Shown here: positions 1-10,434 of the stretch, piece by piece
Layout: every line of letters starts with the position of its first letter
How positions within the stretch are numbered: position 1 is the stretch's first letter
UHGV virus genome: UHGV-1378817
Length of the DNA stretch: 64,000 bases
Reading direction: 5' to 3' (one strand)
Source of the DNA: a virus
The notes under the pieces: generated by a model
The model's input: only the letters and a program-made list of their open reading frames with translations
Databases searched by the model: none
Told to the model about the DNA's origin: nothing
Position numbers and translations under genes: made by a program

Positions 1-321
1 TGCAATAGTCATTACGACATCGGTATCAGCTGCGGCAGCAATACCTTTAAAATCTACAGTGGTCTTTTCTTTGGCCTGTCTGCCGATCATAACGTATTGT
101 GGAGGGAATACACCACCAAAAGCTTTTGCTGCAAACTCATACGCTGCAGAGCCTTGTGCGAAACCATCTTCCACCATCTGATCCAGCTCTGCATATACGC
201 GAGCTCGCTCAGTAAAGTTGTTGTGGATAGCGATGAACAGGGGAGTTTCGAAACCTACAGTGTCTATAGGCTGGGTTCCGAGGTTAACTGTAACATCTAC
301 CACTTTATCTAAATATGGCAT
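1..321 (-). CDS. virion structural protein, N-terminal part only (gene continues past window start); likely tail component by position
   Basis: ATG at 319-321 on minus strand preceded by AAGAGGA SD; frame stays open to the window edge; lies downstream of head/connector genes. Confidence 0.4.
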   Translation of the reverse strand, partial: MPYLDKVVDVTVNLGTQPIDTVGFETPLFIAIHNNFTERARVYAELDQMVEDGFAQGSAAYEFAAKAFGGVFPPQYVMIGRQAKEKTTVDFKGIAAAADTDVVMTIA

Positions 322-393
322 TTGTTTCCTCTTAATATCTGTGCACGGATATCAAACACGCAGTGTAATCATTACACTACACAATTATAACGA

Positions 394-945
394 TTACTGA
401 CCACTGTCTGTAACCGCTTTACCAGAATTGGGTGAAGGGAAGTGTGTGGTTATTTCAGCCTTAATTCCCTGAAGATCCTCAAAAGCCCCAATGTCTGTTT
501 CAACAAACCTTACGTTAAATGTCAGCATCACAGTGGCTCTATTTTCATACATCTGCTTATTCAACGGCACTCTTTGAGGTGAGATTGTTGAATTGTTAGA
601 GTAGGCAAAGCACGATCCCAGAGGGAAATACTTGTCATAAAACATTGGAAGGTTTATTGCTTGCAATACTCTGCTAAGTGCAGCATATGCCCTGCCACGA
701 TAAGCTGTTAACAGATAAGTAACAGTATAGCTGTGGGTGACGTAAGCATTACCCTCCGCGTCTTGAAACTCATTATCTTCCCAAGTGGTTGGATTGATCG
801 CCAAGGTTTGTAAAAGTACAAACTCACCTTCCGGCTTAGGTATGGTAGAGCTTTCTGCCAGAACTACAGTTCTTCCTGTGGCAACCTTGACGAGCTTGGC
901 AATGGTTGTTTCAAGATCAGAAAAAACTTTTTCGAAAGCTTCCAT
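394..945 (-). CDS. hypothetical virion protein (head-tail connector region)
   Basis: 183 aa ORF, co-oriented and tightly packed in morphogenesis block; stop/start overlap with next gene. Confidence 0.35.
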   Translation of the reverse strand: MEAFEKVFSDLETTIAKLVKVATGRTVVLAESSTIPKPEGEFVLLQTLAINPTTWEDNEFQDAEGNAYVTHSYTVTYLLTAYRGRAYAALSRVLQAINLPMFYDKYFPLGSCFAYSNNSTISPQRVPLNKQMYENRATVMLTFNVRFVETDIGAFEDLQGIKAEITTHFPSPNSGKAVTDSGQ

Positions 946-1370
946 CAGTTTTCTCCTTCAGGCTCTTCTACCACAAAAAATCTATATCTCCCACCACCAG
1001 AGGTAACATATGCATCGCATTTTAAAACAGTAAACCATTTCAAGTCACCACGGATGTCGGGCAGCTGAATTTGGTCAGCCATTGCATATGTTCCTTCATC
1101 CGGACTGTACAACTTGGTTGAGGAGTAAACTGTAAAAGCCTCGTACTGTCTGTCACCTTCAGGGTTTATTTGAGAGGAGTAATCTTTGGCTGCCCTTCCT
1201 GTCAACGGCTGCACAACACACTCTAAGACATCAAACTCTTCATACTCAAGTTCTAACCCCTCGTTGGCAAAAGGGCCACCAACTGTTTTGTTATACACTC
1301 TGTGGCGACCTTTGAATGTTTTACGAGGTATTAGTCTGTTCTTTCCTATCAGCTTATAACCTGCTGCCAC
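945..1370 (-). CDS. hypothetical virion protein (head-tail connector region)
   Basis: 141 aa ORF, co-oriented, packed between structural ORFs. Confidence 0.35.
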   Translation of the reverse strand: MAAGYKLIGKNRLIPRKTFKGRHRVYNKTVGGPFANEGLELEYEEFDVLECVVQPLTGRAAKDYSSQINPEGDRQYEAFTVYSSTKLYSPDEGTYAMADQIQLPDIRGDLKWFTVLKCDAYVTSGGGRYRFFVVEEPEGEN

Positions 1371-1385
1371 TCAACCCCCTTATTT

Positions 1386-1856
1386 TCACTGTCCGATTTT
1401 AAAGGTTGCAGATTCAAGCAGCACATCGTAATGCCGCATAGCCTCGTTGAAGCCCTTTTCTTGTGCCCACTGCTCACTAACAGTAGGATTACTAAACTGC
1501 CCAGCCTCAATAACAAACTGAATAGCTTTGGCCCCTGTGTCCCCCATCTGCTTAAGAATATCCTCTGCACTTGATCCTCTAGCCATAGCTCTCAACAATT
1601 TTTCTGTCAAGGTCTGTAGTTGAGTACTATGAAATGCAAAGGCTGTCTCCATGAAATTGCGAACAGGCAGCCCGTTCCAACCGAAGTTGTGAATGGCTGC
1701 CAATGTTGCCATATTTAAGCCTGACGGGTGAGGTTCGTCATAAAAGCCGTAGGTTATTGTTTTACTTTCAAGTCTCACAAGGTCTTTGTAGAAGCGATCT
1801 AAACGCTTTAGGTTGAACCTTGTTTGACATTTAACCTTTAGCATTATATCCCTCAC
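1386..1856 (-). CDS. hypothetical virion protein (head completion/neck region)
   Basis: 156 aa ORF in structural block. Confidence 0.35.
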   Translation of the reverse strand: MRDIMLKVKCQTRFNLKRLDRFYKDLVRLESKTITYGFYDEPHPSGLNMATLAAIHNFGWNGLPVRNFMETAFAFHSTQLQTLTEKLLRAMARGSSAEDILKQMGDTGAKAIQFVIEAGQFSNPTVSEQWAQEKGFNEAMRHYDVLLESATFKIGQ

Positions 1857-1897
1857 TAATGTATTTTACCACAAAGATACATCAAAAGCAACAATTT

Positions 1898-2518
1898 TTA
1901 AAAACTGCGTTTGCGTCTTGGGTGGCGAGGAGGTTGGTTATTTAGACCACTGATAGGTGTAATCCCCTGGACATCAAACGGTCCGTTGCTGTTTTCATTA
2001 AATTTAACCCGAATTCCTTCGTCTACACGAACACCACCAATGATAATCATTCTGCTGTAAGCATCCAGTTCAGAATCTACATAGTCAGGGTGTGCCAGCA
2101 GCCAATCAAGGAAATCTTTCCATTGGGCGTAGGAAGATCCACCACGAATCTCTATGGTCTCATCACCTATTTTTTCCAGACGGGAAGTTATACTTGCATT
2201 ACCGCTGGACACTTCCTGCATCATCAGCCACCTCACAAGCTGCACAAGCACATTGTACTTAAGCAGAGGTAGCTTATCAGGATCTGCCGGATAATTTAGT
2301 TTCAGCTTCTCCATGTCAAGGAATGTTTTAATTACCTCGTCAGGGAGGGTTTCCTCATCAACATTGCCAAGCAACAACCTCATAATATTAATAAGAGGTT
2401 GATCTGGATCAGGTTCCGGAGGTACAGGATCTTCTTTTGGTGGTTCTTCTGGGGTATCAACTACACCATCATGGTTAGGCGGGGACGGGATAATCTCTTC
2501 ATCTTCATACCATGCCAT
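1898..2518 (-). CDS. hypothetical virion protein
   Basis: ORF track 1898-2575 trimmed to internal ATG (MAWYEDEE...) that has a GAGGT SD and no longer overlaps the upstream gene. Confidence 0.35.
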   Translation of the reverse strand: MAWYEDEEIIPSPPNHDGVVDTPEEPPKEDPVPPEPDPDQPLINIMRLLLGNVDEETLPDEVIKTFLDMEKLKLNYPADPDKLPLLKYNVLVQLVRWLMMQEVSSGNASITSRLEKIGDETIEIRGGSSYAQWKDFLDWLLAHPDYVDSELDAYSRMIIIGGVRVDEGIRVKFNENSNGPFDVQGITPISGLNNQPPRHPRRKRSF

Positions 2519-2577
2519 TTGAAAATACCTCGTAAAAATAAAGCCCCATTCCTGATTTGGAAGGGGCCTTAACAAAA

Positions 2578-3426
2578 TTATGCCAGTGCAGCCTCAAAAT
2601 CTTTCATCATATTTTGGAAAGTTTTTGCCTTACTTAAGGTAACACCGTACTCTTTGGCGAAGGCTTGAAGTGCATCTTTTGAACCACTTTTGTCATCTTC
2701 GTTGTTAAGAGCTGCTGCCTGCTGTAGCAGGGCATCAACATCACTGCGAGAAGATCTTGATTCTTGTGCCTGTTCAGGATCCTGCTCAGTGCCTTCCTCC
2801 GGTACAGTCGGGCCTTGGGATTCTTCACCACCACCACCAGGTTCAGTAGGACCTACAGGCGGCTCCGGCTCTGGTTCAGGCGGTGGAGCTATCGTAGAGA
2901 CCAGTCCAAGATTTACAACCTGAGAACGTTTCTTAGGCCACTCAATGGTGAAAGTTTGGGTATCTTCTTCATAAACAATGCTGCATTGCTCATCGTTTAT
3001 GGTCACTTTTTTAGGCATCCCTACAGGGTCCCATAGATGGCCCTCTGCCACGGAAACTTGGAAAGCCGCATCTACCTCTTTAAACACTGACGGGGTGAGT
3101 GTGATATTGACATCCCCGCTTTGCAGTGTTAAAGTGCTTTCATCAAGGTTCTCTGTGAAGAACAGAAGAATAACACCCATACGGATAGTTGAAATACCAG
3201 TATCAATTGGCAGTCCTGTATGTTTTGCAATCTTCTCGAAGAAGTCTACAATCGTTCTGCACGGATAGTGAACACTGCCGATAACGAATTCTGTTGGTGG
3301 CAGCAGGGCTGATAAACCAACATTGATTTCTGGATTATATTGTGCTAAAAATTGATAAAAACTTAACTGATTGTTGAAAACTCTTAATAGAGGATCATAC
3401 TCAACTGGGTAGACGGTTCGCTTCAC
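2578..3426 (-). CDS. virion-associated protein with Pro/Glu-rich linker
   Basis: 282 aa; two domains separated by PPPEPEPEPPVGPTEPGGGGEE low-complexity linker; immediately downstream of capsid gene terminator. Confidence 0.35.
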   Translation of the reverse strand: MKRTVYPVEYDPLLRVFNNQLSFYQFLAQYNPEINVGLSALLPPTEFVIGSVHYPCRTIVDFFEKIAKHTGLPIDTGISTIRMGVILLFFTENLDESTLTLQSGDVNITLTPSVFKEVDAAFQVSVAEGHLWDPVGMPKKVTINDEQCSIVYEEDTQTFTIEWPKKRSQVVNLGLVSTIAPPPEPEPEPPVGPTEPGGGGEESQGPTVPEEGTEQDPEQAQESRSSRSDVDALLQQAAALNNEDDKSGSKDALQAFAKEYGVTLSKAKTFQNMMKDFEAALA

Positions 3427-3446
3427 GGGACACTCCTGTTAAACCC

Positions 3447-3484
3447 TAATAAATAAAAAGGGGAGGGGGAGAACCCCCTCCCCA
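3447..3484 (-). terminator. intrinsic terminator after major capsid gene
   Basis: GGGGAGGGGG-AGAA-CCCCCTCCCC hairpin followed on minus strand by TTTTTATTTATT. Confidence 0.7.
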
Positions 3485-3507
3485 TATGGGATGAATCACA
3501 TCAGTGA

Positions 3508-4518
3508 TTATTCACCACCTTTCAGAGTTGCTTTAACAACCAGCTCTGGACGGGTGTTAACTGCCAGCATGGAAGTTTCAGATTCAATCTTCTCTTCACG
3601 CAGGTATGCAGAGTGTTTATACCACATGTACAGTTCCTGTGCTGGAGTGTTTGCTTCGTTAACATCGTCTGCCGGAGCAAAGTGCAGCTGGAACATCTGA
3701 TCAATACCCATCGGCAGAATGCGAGCTTCTTTCTTAGGAATATTGCCAGAGATATCTTCAATAAAGGTGATACCTTTATGCTCAAACACACGGTATACGC
3801 TGTCTTGACCGCCAGCACCCAGACGGCGACGCAGAGGTTCCTGAGCAGAGCCGTAATAGGTGTATGCCAGTTCTACCAGCGGGTGATGAGTAACAGCACT
3901 GAAGAACTCCGGTGAGCACAGAGCTACAATGCGATAGCCAGCTGCGTTATCACCAGCTTGCAGTGCGATGTGCAGACGAGCTTCTTCCAGAACCTCCATA
4001 GGATCCTGATCTGCTTTTGCAGGGTCGATCTCAACAGACTTCTGAGACACACCCCACAGAGTGTAGTAATCATACTGGCAGGTAGCGTCACCAGGTGCAT
4101 AGGATTTACCAAGAATAGCCTGGAACAGCGCTTTCTCACGCAGTGCTTCATGGGAAACACGGATACGGCGAACAACGCGGGTTACTACGTCCTGAACAGT
4201 TTTCGGAGCATCAGGAGTGAAGTAACGACGGAAGTTCTGGACATCTGCAGCAGTGATACCTTTATCCAGAGGGAAGAACGGGATGTTCAGGTTTTTAACC
4301 TGAGCACGTTCATTACCAACGTAGTTACGCTCACCACCACGACGGCGTGCCGGAATGTCGGTTACAACTTCATCAACACGCTCAATCTGAGCAATTGTTG
4401 AGGTGCCAAGACGAGTTTCGAACAGATCCATGCCGGTAATCAGGCGAAATTGACGCGGAACAAGGTCCAGAGTAGCACCTAAATCGACAATGCCAAATTC
4501 ATCTTTACGAGTAATCAT
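3508..4518 (-). CDS. major capsid protein (putative)
   Basis: 336 aa ORF downstream of scaffold-like and decoration-like ORFs, followed by the strongest terminator in the block; position and size based. Confidence 0.5.
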   Translation of the reverse strand: MITRKDEFGIVDLGATLDLVPRQFRLITGMDLFETRLGTSTIAQIERVDEVVTDIPARRRGGERNYVGNERAQVKNLNIPFFPLDKGITAADVQNFRRYFTPDAPKTVQDVVTRVVRRIRVSHEALREKALFQAILGKSYAPGDATCQYDYYTLWGVSQKSVEIDPAKADQDPMEVLEEARLHIALQAGDNAAGYRIVALCSPEFFSAVTHHPLVELAYTYYGSAQEPLRRRLGAGGQDSVYRVFEHKGITFIEDISGNIPKKEARILPMGIDQMFQLHFAPADDVNEANTPAQELYMWYKHSAYLREEKIESETSMLAVNTRPELVVKATLKGGE

Positions 4519-4569
4519 TTATTTCTCCAAAGTAAAACTTAAATATTTTCCCGAACAATTTAGGGCTTA

Positions 4570-4956
4570 TTATTCACCAAGAGTCTGGACGTGAACTTTG
4601 TTACCTAAAGCTTCCAACTTATCCAGAATTCTTTGGTCTGCTTTAGCTCCATCTGCACCTAACAGCATGTCTTTTGCAAAGGTAACACCATGGACGGCAA
4701 CAACCAGGTTATAGGATTGGCCTACTTCTAACGGTTTTGCAAGATGGACCGTACCAGCATCTTTGACAAGAGCACGGTCAACAAGAACGCCGTACACATC
4801 AGAACCGTCTGCGTTAGCGATGGTACCAGTTTTTGTTACAACAGTGCCAGCGTGGTGATGCTCTGTCAGTGTTACCTTAATCTCTTTAAAATTGTAGCCA
4901 GCATCGCTAGAATCAACTTTGCCGAGCACGATATCAGAATATTGAGCGGTAATCAT
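4570..4956 (-). CDS. putative head decoration/auxiliary capsid protein
   Basis: 128 aa Gly/Val/Thr-rich ORF between scaffold-like and capsid genes. Confidence 0.3.
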   Translation of the reverse strand: MITAQYSDIVLGKVDSSDAGYNFKEIKVTLTEHHHAGTVVTKTGTIANADGSDVYGVLVDRALVKDAGTVHLAKPLEVGQSYNLVVAVHGVTFAKDMLLGADGAKADQRILDKLEALGNKVHVQTLGE

Positions 4957-4976
4957 TTATTTCCCCCGTTAATGTC

Positions 4977-5954
4977 TTATTTGGTAGATTCTGCACGTGC
5001 ACGAGCAAGTGCTTTTGCAACGTTTTCAGCAAGAATTTCTTCTGCGGATTTCGCAATATCATCCACAACAGGTTCGCCATCATTACCATGTTCAGTGGTG
5101 GCAAACTCTTCTTTGGTTTTATGCACCTCTGCTTCCAGCTCTTCAATTTTTGCTTGAGCTTTCTCCAGCATAGCTACGATAGGTTCGTTAGCTTTTTCCA
5201 GCATGAAGTCAACCAGGGTTGCATGATCTTCTTCACCAACAAAGCTTAAAGCTTGAGCCTTAGTCAGCATTTTAGCTTTTTCAACTTCAACCTGGGCCTT
5301 GATGATTTCTTCAGCTTTACTCTGGGTTGCTTTCAGCTCTTCTACTTGCTTCAGCAGATCCAGATACTCTTTAGTTTTGGTTACGTCCACCGGATTCTCC
5401 TCGGTATTTGCGGATTTTGCAACATCATCCACCTCGGCAGTTTTATCCACCTCAGCAGGTTCCTGTACCGCCTTGATCAGGTTCCCTTCTTTATCGAAGA
5501 GATCAGCGGTTACTTGTTCAAAAATCTGTTGTGTTTTTAACAGGCTGTACTGATCTACCACGCTAAGCTGCTTACCTTCTTTTGCAGCTTTATGAATGGT
5601 CACGTTATCACAACGCTCTTCCAGCCATGCAATACAAGACTCTGCGTCAGCTTGCGCCCATTCCCAATCAGGATGCTCTTTAGCCCAAGCCTCCTCTTCA
5701 ATCTCAAAACCAAGCATGTGTGCAAGTGCTTTAGCATCATCATACCACATATCAAAGAAACGACGCAGGTATTCTTCAAAACTAAGCTCCACAGTAACTT
5801 GGCGAAGTGCCTTAACAATATCGTCTGTTAACTGCTCAGGCTTAAGATCACTCTTCATCAAAAGAGATACAGGTCTGTTGTTAGCGCTATAGCCTTGCGC
5901 CTTATGGCACAGGGCAATCCCCTTCTCTTTAATAGTAATCGTTTTTTCAGACAT
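4977..5954 (-). CDS. putative head scaffolding protein
   Basis: 325 aa, highly charged with long predicted coiled-coil stretches (EELKATQSKAEEIIKAQVEVEKAK...); sits between portal-side genes and capsid. Confidence 0.45.
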   Translation of the reverse strand: MSEKTITIKEKGIALCHKAQGYSANNRPVSLLMKSDLKPEQLTDDIVKALRQVTVELSFEEYLRRFFDMWYDDAKALAHMLGFEIEEEAWAKEHPDWEWAQADAESCIAWLEERCDNVTIHKAAKEGKQLSVVDQYSLLKTQQIFEQVTADLFDKEGNLIKAVQEPAEVDKTAEVDDVAKSANTEENPVDVTKTKEYLDLLKQVEELKATQSKAEEIIKAQVEVEKAKMLTKAQALSFVGEEDHATLVDFMLEKANEPIVAMLEKAQAKIEELEAEVHKTKEEFATTEHGNDGEPVVDDIAKSAEEILAENVAKALARARAESTK

Positions 5955-6373
5955 TATTCATTGCCCTCTTCTACAACACTGATCCCGAAGTTTACGTTGG
6001 TAATTTCACCAGTTTCTTCATCAACATTACCTGTTGCCTGAATGCTTAGGCCACCAACAATGCCAGCCTTCTTAGCTTCCCATAATTCAGGATTATTGTA
6101 TTTAACTTTAGCAACCCAAGAGCCAGCCTTGATGACCTGCTCAGTGCCAATTACTACAACATCAAACTCTTCTTGAATCCACGTCTTTTCAATAGTGAAA
6201 GAATCTGTAGAGGTCAAGTGAAAAAGGTTTTCAGAAACTAGGCCTGCGGCGTATGCTGCGTCCCAGTTATCTTTAGCCTTTTTGATGGTGTCTTTACTCA
6301 TCCACTCACCGTGAGCATCTTTAGTGTCAGGTTCGTAGATGATTTCGTAGGAAATCATTTCTTCCTGTGGCAT
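5954..6373 (-). CDS. hypothetical head morphogenesis protein
   Basis: ORF track 5954-6529 overlaps portal; trimmed to ATG at 6373 (MPQEEM...); acidic 139 aa. Confidence 0.3.
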   Translation of the reverse strand: MPQEEMISYEIIYEPDTKDAHGEWMSKDTIKKAKDNWDAAYAAGLVSENLFHLTSTDSFTIEKTWIQEEFDVVVIGTEQVIKAGSWVAKVKYNNPELWEAKKAGIVGGLSIQATGNVDEETGEITNVNFGISVVEEGNE

Positions 6374-6440
6374 CTTATTCCCCATGTGGATTATTTTATC
6401 ACGCCAAAGGAGGTTTTGCAACCCCCTGTGTTGATAATTT

Positions 6441-7997
6441 TTAATTTTCCATGTTGGATATGGAATTATCTCTGGTTGATGACATCTTAGAAGTGCCGTT
6501 GCCAGTGGATCCTGCAGCCATTCCATCACCAGCCCTACTAATGTCCTGGCCCAAGAGCTTCATCAGCTCTTCCTGATCCATGTCCTCGTCAAATCTTTCA
6601 TCAAACCCGCCTACTTCAAGAATCTTATTAATTACTGCAGGAGTTTTTGGCAAGTAACCTACAGCACCGATCCTCTGGACAAACTTGGAGAAGCTCTCCA
6701 TATCCACTTCTTCAATCAGACCAGGTTTCAGTTTAGGCATATCATCATCTTCAAGGATGATACCATTCAATGCCAGAAGCTGTGGAATAAGATCTTTATT
6801 GAAGGCCTCAGTGATAATATCTATATCACGCTGAACAAAATGACCATGGATAGACTGTTTTGACTCAGACAGAGAGAAGGACCCAACGTTATCGTTACCG
6901 AGGTTAATAAAGCCAGCACCGAAACGGTCAAGAATCGCCTTCTTACGGGCATCAATCAAATCTTTAGTGGAATACTGCTTACCCATACCGTCAACCCCCT
7001 TCAGGGTCATGGAGTAAAGCTCTTTACCAGACTTATCTCTATCAGACGGAAGTATAAAGAAACTTTGCTCACCACTATGGGCGTTTGCTGCGTCAAGCAT
7101 AAGGTCTGCAACCATTCTCCCTTCCATTGAATTCGGGTCAATGCTGGCCTTGTTCAAAATATTGGAAGGAATTTTCAGCTCAAGCACACCACCAAGGTCT
7201 TTGGAACAGCCAACAACCTCAAGGTTTTCAATCAGAACTTTCTCACGGAAAGATCTGTAGCAACCTATCATCGGTGACACACCTGCAGGGTTAGATTCTG
7301 TTCCTGACAGGGTCATGAGCATAAGCTTTTTAGCAGGGATGAAAATTTCAGGCTCATTAAAGCCTTTTGAAGGCATTGCAGCAAGAGGTCCAGCCCAGCG
7401 TGCATTCTGAGTGTTTAGAAATGCATTAGGTGATTGATAAATACCTGTCAGTGTTCTACTATTCTTGTCAAAGACAAACGGCTCTGATCTGGACAAACTG
7501 GCCTGAGGTCGGAATGCAATTTTATCAATAAGAAGCATCCCGGTATATTTACCTTCTTTCTCTCTGCGGTATACTTTCTCAAACAGTGAAAAACCATACT
7601 CGTTAAAGGTAGCTGCGCTTCTTGCAATATCTCGAAGAGTTTGTTGGTTTGCCAAATTACGCAAAGAATACTCTATAAGCTCTGCAGCTTTCTTAGAGTC
7701 TTCACTTTTAACATTATAAAGGATCTTAAAATCATTGAATGCTTTCGTGATGAAAACATATTTTGTATCTAAGGCAGTAGCAACTGTGGAATCACATTTC
7801 ATAGTCTCCACTGTGGCAATCAGCTGAGGCCAACGCAATTCCTCAACCATCATAGATTGCGATTCTGCCATAATTTGGGAAAGTGCGCCAGAACCGATCT
7901 CACTCATACGAACATTATGAGTTGGTGCGCCTGCGTTCCCAGATTTATTCACAGTTTTGGCTGTGGCGTTGTGTTTCCTGCGGTTCTTTTTGGACAC
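6441..7997 (-). CDS. portal protein (putative)
   Basis: 518 aa ORF directly downstream of large terminase; size and position typical of portal. Confidence 0.55.
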   Translation of the reverse strand: MSKKNRRKHNATAKTVNKSGNAGAPTHNVRMSEIGSGALSQIMAESQSMMVEELRWPQLIATVETMKCDSTVATALDTKYVFITKAFNDFKILYNVKSEDSKKAAELIEYSLRNLANQQTLRDIARSAATFNEYGFSLFEKVYRREKEGKYTGMLLIDKIAFRPQASLSRSEPFVFDKNSRTLTGIYQSPNAFLNTQNARWAGPLAAMPSKGFNEPEIFIPAKKLMLMTLSGTESNPAGVSPMIGCYRSFREKVLIENLEVVGCSKDLGGVLELKIPSNILNKASIDPNSMEGRMVADLMLDAANAHSGEQSFFILPSDRDKSGKELYSMTLKGVDGMGKQYSTKDLIDARKKAILDRFGAGFINLGNDNVGSFSLSESKQSIHGHFVQRDIDIITEAFNKDLIPQLLALNGIILEDDDMPKLKPGLIEEVDMESFSKFVQRIGAVGYLPKTPAVINKILEVGGFDERFDEDMDQEELMKLLGQDISRAGDGMAAGSTGNGTSKMSSTRDNSISNMEN

Positions 7998-8099
7998 AAG
8001 CTTTACCCCTCAAAACAGTATAACAAAATAGCCCTCGTGTTAGAGGGCTAGTATCTCCGATTACTCTATTCTACCACATCTAATTAAGATTGGCAACAC

Positions 8100-9647
8100 T
8101 TAGATAAAACGCTTGAACATAGAAGGTGATGAGATTGATGGAATCACACAAGGAAGTGCTACCTCCTCTTTCTCCAGGAAATTAATCGCAGAAGCTACAC
8201 AGTCGGCCCAGTCGTCTTTTCTATTAAATGTTGATCTTTCCCCGTTGAATTTTTCAAGTTCAGTCAGAAATGCTTCCAGAGTATCAGGATGGAAACTGGA
8301 TTTTACAATCCTCACCATTCCTTGTTGGGCAAGATTGGCAAAAGGTGAGAACCTTGTCAGTTTAGATTTGTTGGAAGGCATTGGGTCTTCTTCAACCCTA
8401 AACCCTTCGGCGAGCAAGGATCTAGAGGAGGTTAAGAACTCACTCTTACCTGCCTGACCTGGGTCCACAGAGAAGACGATTATGCAATCATCACCATCAA
8501 ACTGCGCCTGTTTCCTGATGATCACATCTCGTTCACCAGCCTTTTTACAGAACTTGCCTTCCAGACCTGTGGAATACCTCCCGTCATCCACGTTCTCAGG
8601 ACAATAATCACCGGACAGGTAATAAAAGCCGTCGCTATCTTTACTTACCTTAACACTGGCGGTAAAGTCAGGAAACTTATTACCAGAAGTTCTCTCGGTT
8701 CCTGCCTTATCCCATGCCCTACAAGATACTGATCCAAGGGGCACTCTGTCGGCATCACGAAGGAAAGATCTTTGAAAATAGTTTGCACCCTCAGGCTTTG
8801 CAAACCAGTTACCATGGAGAAGCTGAGCTTTTTCAAGCTCGGGCAGACCTTCAAGGAAAGCAAGGTATTCTGGGTTGTCTCTTAAGCAGACAGGATTATC
8901 GAATATTGTTGCGCCTATAAACGAGAATGACAACGGTCTTGGCTTGATCTCCACACCCAGTCCGTTAACCGTGGTGTATTTCTCTATCAACTCTTCTTTA
9001 GAGTCTCCCCAGATAAATTCACCGTCGCGTCGGATAAAATATCTTTTCTTACCACATTTCTCCGGATCTGGATACCCTTCATCGTCCAACCACCATCTAA
9101 CCAGTTTGGCAAGCATGTGTTCTGAATCGGGGTTACAGCTGATAACCATTCTTGATGGATACTTTGACTGAGATCGCAGACGAGACATCAGATAGTCTAT
9201 CTGCTCCCATTCGAACTGCGTGCCCTCATCGAAGCAAACCATGGTATACTCAAGCCCTTGATGGTTAAGCTTATCTTGTACATACTCCATGTGGCAGTAT
9301 TTTACAACAGCTCCCTTTTTGCTTCTATCCCACTTGCCAGTGTTCGGATCAAACCGTGGAAAAATGAACTTATGATCCTTCTCTCTGAACTTTGGCTTAA
9401 TGTTTTCAGGCAGATCACTATAAATAGCTACTGCTTTAGGCCATAGTCCACCCTCACCTTCCAACTGTGGGGTTGTTCTTCGGAACATAACCACAGAGCT
9501 GTGGGGGTCATCAATAATTTTAAGTGGCATCAATTGCAAGAGGAACGACTTGCCAGACCCTGCGGCACCGCCGATTACCAAAATATCTGCATCGTTTTCG
9601 AGGATCATCTTCTGCTTTTCAGAACACGGTCCGTAAATCTTAGACAT
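8100..9647 (-). CDS. terL: terminase large subunit
   Basis: 515 aa; N-terminal Walker A VIGGAAGSGKS, central acidic motifs, C-terminal nuclease-like half; first gene of morphogenesis block. Confidence 0.8.
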   Translation of the reverse strand: MSKIYGPCSEKQKMILENDADILVIGGAAGSGKSFLLQLMPLKIIDDPHSSVVMFRRTTPQLEGEGGLWPKAVAIYSDLPENIKPKFREKDHKFIFPRFDPNTGKWDRSKKGAVVKYCHMEYVQDKLNHQGLEYTMVCFDEGTQFEWEQIDYLMSRLRSQSKYPSRMVISCNPDSEHMLAKLVRWWLDDEGYPDPEKCGKKRYFIRRDGEFIWGDSKEELIEKYTTVNGLGVEIKPRPLSFSFIGATIFDNPVCLRDNPEYLAFLEGLPELEKAQLLHGNWFAKPEGANYFQRSFLRDADRVPLGSVSCRAWDKAGTERTSGNKFPDFTASVKVSKDSDGFYYLSGDYCPENVDDGRYSTGLEGKFCKKAGERDVIIRKQAQFDGDDCIIVFSVDPGQAGKSEFLTSSRSLLAEGFRVEEDPMPSNKSKLTRFSPFANLAQQGMVRIVKSSFHPDTLEAFLTELEKFNGERSTFNRKDDWADCVASAINFLEKEEVALPCVIPSISSPSMFKRFI

Positions 9648-9934
9648 TAACCTCTCTCCTTTGGAAACAGTGTTCTAATATAGTCTTGCAAAATGATCAA
9701 TTTAGCTCTATCATTGCTACAAGACAGATTATTATCCCTCATAATGCCAGAATTCACTGCATCTGGAGCACCTTTCTTCAAAGGCATAGCTTTAGCAGGT
9801 GGTTTCATGGCACCTTCCGGGGGTTTAACAATCAACCTTCCTACATCCGGAGGGTCAATCTTGTATTCTCTCTCAACGCTGGTTGCACACCCACATAATA
9901 ACAAGCACACAATAAACAGTGTAGCAACTCTCAT
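9647..9934 (-). CDS. putative o-spanin (Rz1-like outer-membrane lipoprotein)
   Basis: 95 aa; signal peptide with Cys-containing lipobox-like LLLCGCATS, Pro-rich mature part; overlaps preceding gene by 4 nt. Confidence 0.5.
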   Translation of the reverse strand: MRVATLFIVCLLLCGCATSVEREYKIDPPDVGRLIVKPPEGAMKPPAKAMPLKKGAPDAVNSGIMRDNNLSCSNDRAKLIILQDYIRTLFPKERG

Positions 9935-10329
9935 CGATCCTCCTGATTGATACTCTCATTATAAATATCTATAAGCTGATCAGGGAGTGTTGACTTCTTG
10001 CCTTCAGGTGATTGGAGGTAGATAATCTGCTTTTCTTTACCTGCCCTCTCAGCCATATTTAATTTATCCTGCAGATCAGAAAGAGATTTTTCAAGGTTTT
10101 TAACCTCCTCTGCGTGGCCCATTTTAATTTTGTCGGCCTGCTTTTGTTGCTGATCAAGGATCCGTTCCCACTTTAACTCTGTTGCTGACACACCCTCTTG
10201 GTAGGCATCATTAAGCTTGGAGTTAAACCAATACACGGCCCCAAGATAAGCTGTACCTATCGCAGCTGCAAAAACTAAACCTTTTATGATCCCTCTATAC
10301 CTACTCAGCCATGTTAAAACTGAAATCAT
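9931..10329 (-). CDS. putative i-spanin (Rz-like)
   Basis: 132 aa; N-terminal TM helix (GLVFAAAIGTAYLGAVYWF) then charged coiled-coil; immediately upstream of o-spanin candidate. Confidence 0.5.
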   Translation of the reverse strand: MISVLTWLSRYRGIIKGLVFAAAIGTAYLGAVYWFNSKLNDAYQEGVSATELKWERILDQQQKQADKIKMGHAEEVKNLEKSLSDLQDKLNMAERAGKEKQIIYLQSPEGKKSTLPDQLIDIYNESINQEDR

Positions 10330-10434
10330 TTTAAGGCTCCAGAAACGAAAAAACCCCGCAGCTATACAGCTAACGGGGCGGGTTAAAATTGAGTAACCTA
10401 AATAGATCGAAACTAACTAAAAGGAGACTAATAC

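Noticed and set aside
97-400. Plus-strand ORFs (71 and 60 aa) at the window start
   Set aside because: Antisense to a well-supported minus-strand structural gene with SD and start at 319-321; no SD of their own
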